This document shows positions 62,031 to 64,000 of a stretch of 64,000 bases of DNA, in pieces. A program made the translations under genes and the position numbers. The notes below the pieces were generated by a model, which saw only the letters and a program-made list of their open reading frames with translations, did not search any database and was not told the origin of the DNA. How positions within the stretch are numbered: position 1 is the first letter of the stretch; each line of letters opens with the position of its first letter. This DNA comes from Ignavibacteriota bacterium (GTDB taxonomy: Bacteria; Bacteroidota; Ignavibacteria; UBA10030): contig CAVSHO010000011.1 in the NCBI GenBank assembly GCA_963727825.1, forward strand, positions 192,001 through 256,000. The letters are read 5' to 3'.

Positions 62031-63233
62031 TTATTGAGATAATTTCATCATAGCAGAGGCGGCTAAAAGTACAGGCCCAAAGGCATGAGAATCGTTTTCC
62101 GGCGCAGGACGAGAATAATAAAACTGAAAATCATTTCCAATAGGCGTCCCTGCGCATGTTCCAAGGATGTGACCTTCAGATGTTACACGCGATGCAACTC
62201 CCAGCCATCCTTTTTTTGCAAATGTCGTAAATGTTGTATCTAGCCAGCCGTTCTGAATGCCGCTTGCAATACTGTAAACGAACATTGCCGAGCATGATGT
62301 TTCAAGATACGAGTCCCGTCGATCCAATACCTGATGCCAGAGACCGGTCAATGAATCCTGACAAGCAACAAGCCCTTGAATATGAGATTGAACACATTGA
62401 ATTACCTTATCGCGACCCGAATAATGATCAGGTATTTGTTTCAGCAATTCCGTAGCAGCAACGAGCATCCATCCATTCACTCTTCCCCAGCACGCAATTG
62501 TTTGTTGCGCGGAATCTGTATAATAACCGTGACGCATGATTTTCTTCTGTGGATCGGACAGCAAATGATAAAACTCCAGTACCTGATGAACGGCATCGCT
62601 ATAATATACGGTATCGTGTGTTAAGGCTGCCATACGTGCAAGAAACGGGACGCTCATATACAGATCGTCTCCCCAAACTGTCATATTCCTAGGTCCGGTT
62701 CTGCATAAAGTACCGTCAGCGAGTCGAGTTTGTTTTGTATGAATGTAGTTTGCAATCGTATCGATCGTTTCATGCCATTGTTTGTTTCCTGTCAGGCGAT
62801 ACGCCTCGATGAGGGCAACCCCCATTGCTCCGCAGTCATCTAAAGATTCCATGCGGTGCAATCTATATTCTGTCCCTTCTTTTTCCGAATGAAACTGGTT
62901 CCACATATTTTTAAAATATTCTTTGTCCCGAAAAAGAAAATCAAAACTTCGAATTGAATATTTGCTTTCTCCGCAAGCTATCATGCCGTAAAGCATTACA
63001 CCATTAGGGTAATTCCAATCGTTGAACGAACTGGCAAATTGGACATTCGTATCAACCGCTGAAGGATCGAGTTTTGTTATGACGTTTTTCGCTTGTCTAT
63101 CCATAATCTGGTTCTTCGTTTCCGATTGAATGAAGGAAGCGATACGTTCTGCAACGTCGTGCGGCGACTGCTGTGAGAAAACTAAAGAAGAAAATAATAC
63201 ACAACACACAGATGCACTAAAAAGTACGTTCAT
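62031..63233 (-). CDS. Secreted GH105/GH88-type unsaturated uronyl hydrolase
   Basis: Signal peptide, WNYPNG, LDDCGAMG, WGDDLYM, WGRVNGW, GLWHQVLD..SYLETSCSAMF. Confidence 0.88.
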   Translation of the reverse strand: MNVLFSASVCCVLFSSLVFSQQSPHDVAERIASFIQSETKNQIMDRQAKNVITKLDPSAVDTNVQFASSFNDWNYPNGVMLYGMIACGESKYSIRSFDFLFRDKEYFKNMWNQFHSEKEGTEYRLHRMESLDDCGAMGVALIEAYRLTGNKQWHETIDTIANYIHTKQTRLADGTLCRTGPRNMTVWGDDLYMSVPFLARMAALTHDTVYYSDAVHQVLEFYHLLSDPQKKIMRHGYYTDSAQQTIACWGRVNGWMLVAATELLKQIPDHYSGRDKVIQCVQSHIQGLVACQDSLTGLWHQVLDRRDSYLETSCSAMFVYSIASGIQNGWLDTTFTTFAKKGWLGVASRVTSEGHILGTCAGTPIGNDFQFYYSRPAPENDSHAFGPVLLAASAMMKLSQ

Positions 63234-63309
63234 TTTTATTTCATCCTATAAGCTTTTCTTTCATGTAATAAAAATGGAACTTTAAAAGCATTGCAGAAGC
63301 ACGAAATTT

Positions 63310-64000
63310 TCAATAAGCTTTGAGAGGTACACGGGTTTTTCGGATTCGTTTTTCAAATTCTTCCGGGAATCGCTTGATCATTGATTGAACCGGCCAAGCG
63401 GCGGCATCGCCGAGCGCGCAAATCGTATTCCCTTCAATGTTATTAGCAATGTCCATTAGCAAATCAATATCATCTAAATTTGCTTCATATTGCTCAAAAC
63501 GTTTTAGAATTTTATACATCCAGACGGTCCCTTCACGACATGGCGTGCACTGTCCGCATGATTCATGATAATAAAATTCTGCAATACGCGAAATAACTTG
63601 AATGAGATCAGTATCAGAGTCCATTACAATAACTCCCGCTGTACCGACGGAGGAACCGGCTGCTTTCAGCGAGTCAACATCCATACGAATTCCTTCGAGT
63701 TGGTCGCCTCGCAGAATCATCGTGGATGAACCGCCTGGAAAAACAGCTTTGATGCCTTTATTGTCGGGAATACTGCCAGCCCATTTGTGAATAATTTCGA
63801 GTAAAGGTTCCCCTGTCGGCATTTCAAAGACACCGGGAATGTTCACATGCCCGCTGACGCCAACAAGCAATGGACCTGGATGTTTTATGGCACCAATTTG
63901 TGAATACCATTGCCAGCCATTATTAATGATAATGGGAATATTAGAAATCGTTTCAACATTATTGATCGTTGTGGGAAATCCCCATAAACCAAATTGAGCA
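63310..64000 (-). CDS. nuoF: NADH-quinone oxidoreductase subunit F (3' part; 5' end outside the window)
   Basis: PTTINNVETI, PGGSS, HESCGQCTPCREG, GNTICALGDAAAWP. Confidence 0.92.
   Translation of the reverse strand, partial: AQFGLWGFPTTINNVETISNIPIIINNGWQWYSQIGAIKHPGPLLVGVSGHVNIPGVFEMPTGEPLLEIIHKWAGSIPDNKGIKAVFPGGSSTMILRGDQLEGIRMDVDSLKAAGSSVGTAGVIVMDSDTDLIQVISRIAEFYYHESCGQCTPCREGTVWMYKILKRFEQYEANLDDIDLLMDIANNIEGNTICALGDAAAWPVQSMIKRFPEEFEKRIRKTRVPLKAY

Overview
A bacterial chromosomal segment, most consistent with an Ignavibacteriota-like member of the Bacteroidota/Chlorobiota group (inferred from a PorV/PorQ-type T9SS gene, GWxTD, DUF3109 and DUF5723-like genes and rpoN-hslV-hslU). Most of it is housekeeping: pdxA, ftsE, mrp, rtcB+archease, purC, aat, pfkA, rmuC, kbl, rsmB, rpmE, glyQS, rmlA, amrA/amrB, glmM, dprA, rpoN, hslVU and partial nuoF. 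Several conserved genes are split by small indels, most likely long-read consensus errors. The most notable observations are: (1) a giant Thr/Gly/Asn-rich secreted repeat protein (1-4400) with a near-identical internal duplication, divergent from a sensor-less histidine kinase and an NtrC-type activator; the intergenic region has a mirror-symmetric layout of two sigma54-like -24/-12 elements (both with an atypical GA at -12) and two palindromic enhancer-like sites; (2) a hexuronate operon (MFS transporter, mannonate oxidoreductase, PfkB kinase, LarA-family epimerase, gnd) suggesting a mannonate to gluconate to pentose-phosphate shunt; (3) an accessory block of output-less sensor proteins (HTH-less LacI domain, PAS-only protein) next to REP-like palindromes; (4) an orphan microcompartment vertex gene; (5) an outer-membrane barrel plus large lipoprotein pair. 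I recognised no tRNA, rRNA, CRISPR array or transposase. All family assignments come from motif recognition by eye; no database searches were run.
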